From NCBI GenBank assembly GCA_009392915.1, contig CP045477.1:736001-800000 (forward strand): a DNA stretch of 64,000 bases, given 5' to 3'. How positions within the stretch are numbered: the first letter of the stretch is position 1; each line of letters starts with the position of its first letter. The position numbers were made by a program, and so were the translations under genes. This DNA comes from Candidatus Forterrea multitransposorum CG_2015-17_Forterrea_25_41 (GTDB lineage Archaea; Iainarchaeota; Iainarchaeia; Iainarchaeales; CSSED10-239). This document shows positions 32,941 to 41,789 of this stretch, one piece after another. The notes below the pieces were generated by a model that saw only the letters and a list, made by a program, of their open reading frames with translations, did not search any database and was not told where the DNA came from.

Positions 32941-33303
32941 ATGACAACAAGAATTTCAAAATTATTTGGTATGGATATTTACCAAACAGATGCTACTTAT
33001 AGAGGAAAAGTTCATGATTTAATAGTAAATATTGAACAAGGTGTTATTGAAACTATAACAACTCAACCTTTAAAGGTAAATTCAAAAATAGAAGCTAAAA
33101 AAATAATAACAGAACACAGTATACCTTATAATAAAGTTATATCTGCTGATGATATTATTTTAATTAATGCAGGAAACGTACCAACTAATAAAAAAGAAAC
33201 TAAAATGGTTGCTGAAGAAACAATAGATCCTGCTAAAAGTAAAGATGCAGCTATAAGAAAGAAATATATAGGTTATAAAAGTAAATATTCTGCAAGAAGG
33301 TAA
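32941..33303 (+). CDS. PRC-barrel-like domain protein (tentative)
   Basis: 120 aa. The segment GMDIYQTDATYRGKVHDLIVNIEQGVIETI resembles the PRC-barrel pattern (V..G..lGkV.D..id...g.i). A strong SD (GGAGGA) precedes the ATG. Confidence 0.4.
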   Translation: MTTRISKLFGMDIYQTDATYRGKVHDLIVNIEQGVIETITTQPLKVNSKIEAKKIITEHSIPYNKVISADDIILINAGNVPTNKKETKMVAEETIDPAKSKDAAIRKKYIGYKSKYSARR

Positions 33304-33446
33304 TTTTTTTAAAAAATTACTTTCTTAATTAATTTTTTATCTATTTTTTAAGATATATTTATATATATTGTTATACTATATATATATAATATATATACAT
33401 AATACATTTATTTTTTTTAATAAATATTTAATACAGGAAGTATGGG

Positions 33447-34046
33447 GTGTCTCTCTTGAGCAAAATAAAATCAATATATATAAAATATAAATTTATGTTT
33501 AAAGATGATATTAATAGATCTTCTTATCTTTATCAAAAAGTATTTAGATCTATATATGGTTATCAACAAAATGTAACTAAAAAAAATAACAAACCATATT
33601 TATATATTAGAAAAGGAATTTTAACAGATATACCTCATTACAAACCAGGAAGAAATGCAGTAATTATTCCTAAAGGTTATGAAAATAAAATTATTGATTA
33701 TTTTTCAACAGGAATTAATCCAGCACATAATTGGAAAAGTAAAGGTGATTGGGATGTTAAATATACTGTTGATGAAATTGATTTAGATTCATCAAATATT
33801 ATTAAAATTATGGAAGATTATATTTATAATTATAAAATAATTAATCTTAATAATAAAGAAACGAATATTTATGATGAATTAAAATATATTACTGAAAATA
33901 ATATTTATGATAAAAATCATTTAACTAATATTTCTAAAATTGTAGAAAATATTATTAATTTTGAATGGTTTAAAGAAGTTAAAGAAGAATCAGAAAAATT
34001 AATTAAATTTTATAATAACTATTTAGAAATAAAAAATAAAATTTAG
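33447..34046 (+). CDS. hypothetical protein
   Basis: 199 aa ORF with no recognisable motif. Confidence 0.35.
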   Translation: MSLLSKIKSIYIKYKFMFKDDINRSSYLYQKVFRSIYGYQQNVTKKNNKPYLYIRKGILTDIPHYKPGRNAVIIPKGYENKIIDYFSTGINPAHNWKSKGDWDVKYTVDEIDLDSSNIIKIMEDYIYNYKIINLNNKETNIYDELKYITENNIYDKNHLTNISKIVENIINFEWFKEVKEESEKLIKFYNNYLEIKNKI

Positions 34047-34055
34047 TTTTGTAAA

Positions 34056-34908
34056 GTAATTACTATATTTTTTTTAGTAATTACTATTATTTTTTAGTAA
34101 TTACTTAATTTTCTTTAATAAATATAATATTTTTTTTCCAAGTTCTTTTTTTACCAGTATTATTTAATTTAATTAAATTTATATCTGTTAGTGTTTTTAA
34201 GTAAGGGTAAAGACTTTTTTCATTAGAATATTCTACATTAAAATTAAGTTTAATATTGTGTCTAATTTCATCCATTGTTACCCATTTATCTGTTGGTATA
34301 GAATTAATAATATGTTCTGCTTGAGTATTTTCTTTAATTTTTATTATATCCCAAATTGTATTTAATTGTTTGATTGAAATGTTTTCAACATCAGCTGTTT
34401 GAACATTATCTTCTACTATATTATTTTTATTATTAAGATATTTTAATTGTAATAACTTTTCTTGTTCTAAGTATTTTTCATTACTTAAATTTTCACTAAA
34501 ATTATTATTTTGAGTAATATTTTTATCTATATTTTCAGATGAATAGGGTATACTATTTGTATTATTAATAGTATTTTTTTCTATAGAAATATTTGAATCA
34601 TTATTTGTATTTTTATTGTTTTCATTAGTTTTTTCTTTTGAAAACATCTTTTTAATAAATTTTAGTAATCCCATATATATAGTAATTACCGTAATTATTT
34701 TAAATAGATTGGTAATTACAGTAATTATATGCATTTATTTATGGTAATTACTGTAATTATATTAAAATTTAAGTGGTAATTACCTAATATTTTATAAATT
34801 AAAAATTATATACTTAATTTTAGATCATATTTTTATGTAGCCTATAATAAATTAATTATATTTTTAGTAATTTATACTATTTTTTATCGTAATTACCATG
34901 GTAATTAC
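34056..34908. repeat. array of the 8-bp palindrome GTAATTAC (and GTAATTAT half-variants) bracketing ORF 34105..34734
   Basis: Perfect copies begin at 34056, 34077, 34097, 34682, 34712, 34744, 34776, 34889 and 34901. Variants begin at 34691, 34721 and 34753. 34889-34908 is a perfect 20-bp palindrome GTAATTACCATGGTAATTAC. Spacing is about 21 bp in the downstream trio and 30-32 bp in the upstream array. Confidence 0.6.
34105..34734 (-). CDS. hypothetical N-rich protein with a possible C-terminal winged-helix
   Basis: 209 aa ORF. Its first ~20 codons (MHIITVITNLFKIITVIT) are just the translation of the GTAATTAC repeat array, so the true start is probably M21 (about 34674) or later. A central Asn-rich low-complexity stretch is followed by a KRTWKK wing-like end. 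Confidence 0.4.
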   Translation of the reverse strand: MHIITVITNLFKIITVITIYMGLLKFIKKMFSKEKTNENNKNTNNDSNISIEKNTINNTNSIPYSSENIDKNITQNNNFSENLSNEKYLEQEKLLQLKYLNNKNNIVEDNVQTADVENISIKQLNTIWDIIKIKENTQAEHIINSIPTDKWVTMDEIRHNIKLNFNVEYSNEKSLYPYLKTLTDINLIKLNNTGKKRTWKKNIIFIKEN

Positions 34909-35100
34909 TTATTAAATAACCTTAAAAATAGTTTATTTTTATAAAATTAGTTAAATTTATGTTTCTTTATTGATTTAAAGGTTTATTTTAACTTTATTTT
35001 TAAAATAATTAGTTTATAAGTTTTATTTGTGTTAAAAATTAGGTTTTTTGTAATTTCAAAATATGTCCAAGAAAGATAGTAAATAACTAATAATTTTGAG

Positions 35101-35175
<75 letters not shown>

Positions 35176-35255
35176 TTTTTTAAATAAATAAAAATAGTCT
35201 TAATATATATTTTAATATACCAAAATATATATAAACCTACTTAAAACAATAATTA

Positions 35256-35828
35256 TTACTCACAATGATATCCTGAAGTATTATCATTTATTTTTTCTAA
35301 TAATTCTTCTAATTTTTTAATATTTTTTTCAATAATATTTTTTTCTCTTTTAAGTTTATTAATTTTATTTTTACTATTTAATATTTCTAAATTAGCACTA
35401 CAGTTTGGACATTTAAAATTATATGCAGCAGCAACTTCAAATATAACTTCTACATTACATTTTTTAGGACAGAAAAAATAATCGTGCCCTTCTTTTTGAG
35501 TTAATTCATACTCTAGTTTTTTAAATTTTTTAATTTCTTGTAATAATAAAACATCTACAATTTTTTTATATTTTATTTCCCAAATAAATTCATACAAATT
35601 ATTTTCATTTCTTTGTTTTTTATAACATGCTATTCCTCTGAAGTGAAGACTATTTAGTGTAGATCTTACAACAGTAATTTTTTCATTTAATTTTTTAGAA
35701 ATTTCTTCTGGAGACAATCCATCATTATTAAATAATTTTATAACATTAATAGCCATTGGCCCTGCAATTTGTTCTAAAAAAATAGCTGTTGATTTATCAG
35801 ATAATAAGTCTTTTTTTAATTTATTCAT
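35256..35828 (-). CDS. tfe: transcription factor E alpha (TFE, TFIIE-alpha homologue)
   Basis: N-terminal winged helix and a zinc ribbon CPKKC...CPNC. Length 190 aa with a C-terminal coiled coil. Confidence 0.75.
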   Translation of the reverse strand: MNKLKKDLLSDKSTAIFLEQIAGPMAINVIKLFNNDGLSPEEISKKLNEKITVVRSTLNSLHFRGIACYKKQRNENNLYEFIWEIKYKKIVDVLLLQEIKKFKKLEYELTQKEGHDYFFCPKKCNVEVIFEVAAAYNFKCPNCSANLEILNSKNKINKLKREKNIIEKNIKKLEELLEKINDNTSGYHCE

Positions 35829-35869
35829 TATAACACCACTTCCTTGTATACTATAATTATGTTACAAAA

Positions 35870-36394
35870 CTATTTTAAGGAGATAACTTTTTTGCCTTTT
35901 TCTGTAGGTTCTAGTTTTATCTTATTATTTTTAAATTTATCAATATATAATGCATCAGGATTTAAAAAATTAAGAATAATTGCAAGAGCTGCAACTTCAC
36001 TATGCGGTTGATTTGTCACAGAAACATTATAGTTTGCTTTTTGATAATAAAATTTATCTACCTTAGGTCCACCAACAATAATTAATAAATCTTTATTTTT
36101 AAAATCTTTTTTAATAAAATCTATTTTTTCAACAATTTGTTCTCCATACATAGTTAGATGTATTATTATTCCTTTAAAATCATCTACAAATGTTTCTGGT
36201 AATTCAATATATTTTGCATTAAAATTTCCACCCCATTGATTACTAATAGAAATTATATTTTTTTCAAAAACATTATCTTCTATCCCTGAATAATAAAATT
36301 CATCTGCACTAAAAGCTCTAGAAACTAATGCACAATGTGTTGTAATCCTTTTATCTCTAAGTGGTCTGTGATCTAATTTTAATATTTTAATCAT
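35870..36394 (-). CDS. trm56: tRNA (cytidine56-2'-O)-methyltransferase aTrm56 (SPOUT)
   Basis: KLDHRPLRDKRITTHCALVSRAF at the N-terminus and QPHSEVAALAIILNFL at the C-terminus match aTrm56. Length 174 aa. Confidence 0.85.
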   Translation of the reverse strand: MIKILKLDHRPLRDKRITTHCALVSRAFSADEFYYSGIEDNVFEKNIISISNQWGGNFNAKYIELPETFVDDFKGIIIHLTMYGEQIVEKIDFIKKDFKNKDLLIIVGGPKVDKFYYQKANYNVSVTNQPHSEVAALAIILNFLNPDALYIDKFKNNKIKLEPTEKGKKVISLK

Positions 36395-36514
36395 TTTTTC
36401 TTACTTTTTAGTTATGTTTAATTTACAAATAAAATAGAAATTATTTATAAATGTTTAGTATATATATTATATAGTATAATCTTTTTATATATTAGGTTTG
36501 TACAATATAAAAAA

Positions 36515-36588
36515 GGATCCGTAGCTCAGTCTGGCAGAGCACTGGACTTTTAATCCAGGTGTCGTGGGTTCAAATCCCACCGGATTCA
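36515..36588 (+). tRNA. tRNA-Lys (anticodon TTT)
   Basis: GGATCCGTAGCTCAGTCTGG D-arm, anticodon loop CTTTTAA and T-arm GGGTTCAAATCCCAC fold into a cloverleaf. The acceptor stems pair. Confidence 0.9.
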
Positions 36589-36622
36589 CTTTCTATTATT
36601 TTTTATTTTAAAATAATTATTA

Positions 36623-36697
36623 GGGCTCGTAGCTCAGTCTGGTAAGAGCACTGGACTCTTAATCCAGGTGTCGTGGGTTCAAATCCCACCGAGCTCA
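36623..36697 (+). tRNA. tRNA-Lys (anticodon CTT)
   Basis: Near-duplicate of the preceding tRNA, with anticodon loop CTCTTAA and acceptor GGGCTCG/CGAGCTC. Confidence 0.9.
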
Positions 36698-36722
36698 CTT
36701 CCTTAATACTTTAAAAAATAAT

Positions 36723-36796
36723 GGTTCCGTAGCTCAGCCTGGGAGAGCAATAGGCTGAAGACCTATGTGTCGTGGGTTCAAATCCCACCGGAGCCA
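36723..36796 (+). tRNA. tRNA-Phe (anticodon GAA)
   Basis: GGTTCCGTAGCTCAGCCTGGGAGAGC, anticodon loop CTGAAGA and T-arm GGGTTCAAATCCCAC. The acceptor stems pair. Confidence 0.9.
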
Positions 36797-37407
36797 TATT
36801 TTACTTTTTTTATAAAAATAATTTCTTCATCTGTTTCTATTGCTTTTCTGGCATTATCAAAAACTTGTTTATTTATTTTTATATTTTTATTAATTAGGTT
36901 TGTTTCTGGTGAATGAATTATTATGTTATCTACGTCATATCCTGTAATTATTATGAAGTGGCCTTGAAATGCACCTTCTTTTTGAAATAGTTTATTGTAA
37001 TCTACTAATATTATCGGTACATATCCATCATTGATTTTTGTTAATATATTTTCTATTGTAATTTTTTGTTCGTATATCTTAACATTTAACATTTTTGCTG
37101 TATCATACATTTTTTTAATATTAATTAATATTTCATCTTTTAAAAATGGATTTGCTGTTAAAGAAAATTCGTCTTCTGGCAATTTAATTTCAGTTGTTTT
37201 TGTATAAAATTCAACATCAAAACCAAATTGTTTACTGACTAGTGCTAATTGCAAACTATATAATCCTTTTCCTTCTTTATAACTTAATTTGTGCTTAATT
37301 TCTTTATTTGATTTTTCTTCTTTAAAATAAGCATACACCATTTTTAGTGCTATTGGGCCGCAATCAAATTTTTCGTCTTGTTGATAATAAGGTATGTTTA
37401 AGTTCAT
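36778..37407 (-). CDS. papain-like cysteine peptidase, C39-like domain protein (tentative)
   Basis: N-terminus YYQQDEKFDCGPIALKMV matches the QxxxxxCGxAAL catalytic Cys region of C39 peptidases, with a His candidate in GHFIIITGYD. The last ~6 codons overlap the 3' end of tRNA-Phe on the opposite strand. Confidence 0.45.
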   Translation of the reverse strand: MNLNIPYYQQDEKFDCGPIALKMVYAYFKEEKSNKEIKHKLSYKEGKGLYSLQLALVSKQFGFDVEFYTKTTEIKLPEDEFSLTANPFLKDEILINIKKMYDTAKMLNVKIYEQKITIENILTKINDGYVPIILVDYNKLFQKEGAFQGHFIIITGYDVDNIIIHSPETNLINKNIKINKQVFDNARKAIETDEEIIFIKKVKYGSGGI

Positions 37408-37480
37408 ATGTATATTTTTAATTAAAACTATTTAAATTTATTTGCTTTTTTAATTTTATAAAAAATAAATTCTCTTTTAA

Positions 37481-40024
37481 TTGTTTTCTATTATATATTA
37501 TATTATGGATGATAAAACATATACTCCTATGATGAAACAATATGTTGAAACTAAAAAACAATACCCTGAAGGTATTTTACTTTTTAGAGCAGGAGATTTT
37601 TATGAAATGTTTTTTGATGATGCAAAAGAAGCATCAAGTATCCTAAACATAACTTTAACCAAAAGAGGTAAGGGTGCAACTGAAGCTCCTCTTGCAGGTA
37701 TACCCTACCATTCAATTGATCCTTATATTGCAAAATTAATTAAATCAGGAAAAAAAGTAGTTATTTGTGATCAAATAGAAAACCCTAAATTTGCAAAAGG
37801 CTTAGTTAAAAGAGCAGTTACAAGGATAATTACTCCAAGTACTTTTTTTAATGATTCTTATGATAATAATTTTTTATGTTCTATAACGAACCACAAAGAT
37901 AAATTTGGGTTCTCATTAGTTGATATTACAACTGGAGAATTCAAAATTACTTCTTTTAATGATTTTTCAAGTCTTTTAAATGAATTAATATTAAATAAAC
38001 CAAAAGAAATATTATTAACTAAAAATATTTTAAAAAATATAGATTCTCTTGACTTGATTAAAAAAGCAATACCAAGCACTATTATAAACTATACAGATAA
38101 TTTAGATGTTGAATTTGCCTATCAAGAGTTATTAAATCACTTCAACATGAAATCTTTAACTCCTTTTGGTATTATTTCTACTAATCATTCATCAGAAATA
38201 ATTTTATCTGCTTATAATGCTATTAAATACTTAAAAGAAACACAATTTTCAAATCTAAGTTATATTAGAACAATTAAAGAATATTCATTAAATAAATATT
38301 TAAAATTAGATAGAAAAACTGTTAGAAACTTAGAACTTGTTTATAATCTTCAAGATTTTTCAATTAAAAATTCATTATTTCATTTAATTAACCATACAAA
38401 AACACCTATGGGTTATAGAAAATTATATTTTGATTTATTACACCCTATATTAGATAAAGAAAAATTAAATAATATTTATGATTCTGTTGAGGAATTAATT
38501 AATAATCAACATTTAATGCAAGAACTTTCATTAAATTTATCATATATTGGTGATATTGAAAAAATAATTAGTAAAATTGGTTTTGGAAATGCAAATCCTA
38601 GAGATTTAATTTCTTTAAAACAAAGTATCTCAATACTTCCAAAAATAAAAATGATATTAGAGAGTACTTCTTCTAAAAATTTAAAAATATTAAATAGTGA
38701 ATTAATAACTTTAGATAGATTGCATGAATTAATTAATGTTTCAATAGTTGAAGAACCTCCTTTCACAGTTAGAGAAGGTAAATTTATAAAACCTGGTTAT
38801 TCAAAAGAATTAAGTGATTTAATTTATACTTCTAAAAATATAAATTCTTGGTTAGTTGAATTTGAAGCTAGATTAAAGACAGAAACAAATATTAAATCTT
38901 TAAAAGTAAAATTTAACAAAGTGTTTGGATATTACATAGAAATACCAAAAGCACAAGCAAAAGAAGTTCCTTTTTATTTTGAAAGGAAACAAACACTTGT
39001 AAATGCAGAAAGATTTACAACAAAAGAACTTTCTGAAAAAGAAATAATTGTTTTAAATGCACAAGAAAAAAGAATCGAACTAGAATATAATATTTTTTTA
39101 GAAATTTGTAAAGAAATTAATACTTATAGAGAAGAAATTAATTTAGTTGCAAGTTTAATTTCAGAACTTGATGTATATTATTCATTTGTAAATGTATCTT
39201 TGTATAATAATTGTTCAAGACCAATAATTAATAATTCAGATAAATTAATATTTAAAGAATTAAGACATCCTATTATTGAAAAAAACATAGAATTTATACC
39301 AAATGATTGTTCACTTAATAATTTAGAAAGAACAATGATAATTACAGGTCCAAACATGTCTGGAAAAAGTAGTTATATGAGAAGTGTTTGTCTTGCAATA
39401 ATTCTTGGACACGTTGGTTGCTTTGTTCCTGCTAAAGAATCAGAAATTGGTCTAATAGATGGTATTTTCACAAGGATAGGTGCTTCTGATGATATTTTAC
39501 ATGGTCAAAGTACTTTTTTAGTTGAAATGTCTGAAATTTCTTATATTTTAAATCATTGTACAAATAATAGTTTTATTATTTTAGATGAAGTTGGAAGAGG
39601 TACAAGTACTTATGATGGTTTAAGCCTTGCTTGGTCAATTACAGATTATTTGAATAATAGAATTAAATCAAAAACTTTAGTTGCAACTCATTATCATCAA
39701 TTAAATAAAATGGAAGAATTATTTGAAGGTGTTAGTAATTACCATGTAACTGCAAAAGAAGAAAACAATAATTTAGTATTTTATCATAAACTAATAAAAG
39801 GTGGGATAAATAAAAGTTATGGTATTCAAGTTGCAAAAATTGCTGGTCTTCCAGAAGAAATTATTGAAAAAGCATTATTAATTCAAAGAGATTTAGAAGA
39901 AGATGTTTTTTTAAAACAAAATAAATCTTCTCCTAATTTACAAGAAGTTAAAAAAATAAATGAAGATGAAAAAAGAATTCTTTTTAAAAAAGAACAAAAA
40001 AGATTAGAAGATTATAAAAAATAA
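37481..40024 (+). CDS. mutS: DNA mismatch repair protein MutS
   Basis: Mismatch-binding N-terminus (GDFYEMFFDDA), Walker A GPNMSGKSSYMRS, TFLVEMSE and DEVGRGTSTYDG. The likely true start is M9 (37505). Confidence 0.9.
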   Translation: MFSIIYYIMDDKTYTPMMKQYVETKKQYPEGILLFRAGDFYEMFFDDAKEASSILNITLTKRGKGATEAPLAGIPYHSIDPYIAKLIKSGKKVVICDQIENPKFAKGLVKRAVTRIITPSTFFNDSYDNNFLCSITNHKDKFGFSLVDITTGEFKITSFNDFSSLLNELILNKPKEILLTKNILKNIDSLDLIKKAIPSTIINYTDNLDVEFAYQELLNHFNMKSLTPFGIISTNHSSEIILSAYNAIKYLKETQFSNLSYIRTIKEYSLNKYLKLDRKTVRNLELVYNLQDFSIKNSLFHLINHTKTPMGYRKLYFDLLHPILDKEKLNNIYDSVEELINNQHLMQELSLNLSYIGDIEKIISKIGFGNANPRDLISLKQSISILPKIKMILESTSSKNLKILNSELITLDRLHELINVSIVEEPPFTVREGKFIKPGYSKELSDLIYTSKNINSWLVEFEARLKTETNIKSLKVKFNKVFGYYIEIPKAQAKEVPFYFERKQTLVNAERFTTKELSEKEIIVLNAQEKRIELEYNIFLEICKEINTYREEINLVASLISELDVYYSFVNVSLYNNCSRPIINNSDKLIFKELRHPIIEKNIEFIPNDCSLNNLERTMIITGPNMSGKSSYMRSVCLAIILGHVGCFVPAKESEIGLIDGIFTRIGASDDILHGQSTFLVEMSEISYILNHCTNNSFIILDEVGRGTSTYDGLSLAWSITDYLNNRIKSKTLVATHYHQLNKMEELFEGVSNYHVTAKEENNNLVFYHKLIKGGINKSYGIQVAKIAGLPEEIIEKALLIQRDLEEDVFLKQNKSSPNLQEVKKINEDEKRILFKKEQKRLEDYKK

Positions 40025-40034
40025 GTGAAAATAT

Positions 40035-41789
40035 ATGTTAATTAAAAAATTATCTCAAGAAACCATTAATTTAATTAGTGCTGGAGAAGTAATTGAAGGT
40101 CCAAGTGATATTTTAAAAGAACTTTTAGAAAATTCTGTGGATGCTAAAGCAACAGAGATAACTGTTGAAATAAAATCTTCTGGTTTAGATTTAATAAAAA
40201 TAAAAGATGATGGTACTGGTATTTTAAAAGAAGATTTAGAAGTTTGTCTTGAAAAATACACTACAAGTAAACTTGAAAAAATAGATGATTTATACACTAT
40301 TGATAGTTTTGGTTTTAGAGGTGAGGCATTATCAACTATTGCTGCAGTTTCAAAATTTAAAATTGTATCTTCTACTACAAATGATGGTAAGGGATATGTT
40401 TTAGAGAATAACAATATTTCTCAAGTATCTTCAAACAAAGGAACAACTATAACAGTTCAAGATTTATTTTATAATGTGCCTGTTAGAAAAAAGTTTTTAA
40501 AATCAAAAAGCTTTGAATATTCTAAAGTATATGAAGTTTTTCTTGCAAATGCTTTATTAAATCCAAATATTACTTTTAAGTTTATTTCTGAAAAGAAAAA
40601 TGTAATTTTTCCAAAAACAGATTTTGAAAATAGATTAGTTCAAATATATGGTGTTGAAATTAAAACTAAAACAATTAATTTAGATATTAATACAGAATTA
40701 TTTAAAGTTAAAGGAATTTTAACTAATCCTCAAAATCCAGTTTATTTTCCTTCAAATTTTTTATTTATTAATAAAAGATTTGTATTTTCACCTCAAATCT
40801 ATAAAGCTATTATTGATTCTTATAAAGATTATTTAATGATACAACAAAAACCATTTTTTATTTTATTTATTGAGTTAGATCCTAGAACAATAGATGTGAA
40901 TGTACATCCTAAAAAAAGAGTTGTTAAATTACAAAATGAAATGTTGTTTTTATTAGAGTTTAAAAGAGAATTATCTAAAAAATTAGATGCATCTTTAGGT
41001 AAATTTGCTCCTGCTTTAGAGCATAATTCTTTAAAAGATTTTATTTCTTCTAAAAATTCAGATTATTCTTCTTTTCAAAAACCAACTCAAAGTAGTTATT
41101 CAAGTAATAACTATTCAAGTAATAAAGAAGTTCCTTTTTTCAGAAGTGATCTTCAAAAACCACTTTATGAAAATAACAATATTTCTAGTATTTCAGATAA
41201 CTTAACTTTATTTGAACACAATATTACAAAAATACTTGGTCAAATAAAAAACACCTTCATTATTTGTGAAACTGATAAAGGGATGATATTAATTGATCAA
41301 CATGCTGCTGATGAAAGAATAAACTTAGAAAAAAATAGATTGAAATATGCTGATTATGTTGAAAAACAAAATTTAATATCAGAAATTTCTTTAGATTTTA
41401 TTTCTGAATCACATAAAGAAATTTTAGCAAATAATATTGAAATTTTTAAAAAAACTGGTTTTGAATATTATTTAAAAAATGATATTTATTTTTTAAAAAC
41501 AATTCCTTTATTTTTAAATAAATATTTTGATAAAAACTTATTTTTAAATCTTTTAAAAGATATTGAAGAAGGCAATAATGAAGTTTTTAAACTTAAAGAT
41601 AGTCTTTTAAAATTAAGATCTTGTAAAGAATCTATTAAAGCTAATGATTATTTAAGTAGTCATGAACAAATAGAAATTATTAAAAAATTAAATCTTTGTA
41701 AAGATAAAGGTATTTGTGCTCATGGAAGACCAACAATTATATTTTTATCTTTAAAAGATCTTGAAATATTATTTAAAAGAATAGTTTAA
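40035..41789 (+). CDS. mutL: DNA mismatch repair protein MutL (endonuclease-type)
   Basis: GHKL ATPase motifs (ELLENSVDA, DDGTG, GFRGEALSTI) and the C-terminal endonuclease motif IDQHAADERINLE (DQHAx2Ex4E). Confidence 0.9.
   Translation: MLIKKLSQETINLISAGEVIEGPSDILKELLENSVDAKATEITVEIKSSGLDLIKIKDDGTGILKEDLEVCLEKYTTSKLEKIDDLYTIDSFGFRGEALSTIAAVSKFKIVSSTTNDGKGYVLENNNISQVSSNKGTTITVQDLFYNVPVRKKFLKSKSFEYSKVYEVFLANALLNPNITFKFISEKKNVIFPKTDFENRLVQIYGVEIKTKTINLDINTELFKVKGILTNPQNPVYFPSNFLFINKRFVFSPQIYKAIIDSYKDYLMIQQKPFFILFIELDPRTIDVNVHPKKRVVKLQNEMLFLLEFKRELSKKLDASLGKFAPALEHNSLKDFISSKNSDYSSFQKPTQSSYSSNNYSSNKEVPFFRSDLQKPLYENNNISSISDNLTLFEHNITKILGQIKNTFIICETDKGMILIDQHAADERINLEKNRLKYADYVEKQNLISEISLDFISESHKEILANNIEIFKKTGFEYYLKNDIYFLKTIPLFLNKYFDKNLFLNLLKDIEEGNNEVFKLKDSLLKLRSCKESIKANDYLSSHEQIEIIKKLNLCKDKGICAHGRPTIIFLSLKDLEILFKRIV

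Noticed and set aside
34735-35100. Possible small protein-coding ORFs in the 365-bp spacer 3' of tRNA-iMet.
   Set aside because: Only very short reading frames are present (e.g. MSKKDSK at ~35063), with no SD.
39715-39726. A GTAATTACCATG copy inside mutS, resembling the palindrome array at 34.0-34.9 kb.
   Set aside because: It is a single isolated copy in coding sequence (it encodes VSNYHV) with no phased partners, so it is judged coincidental.
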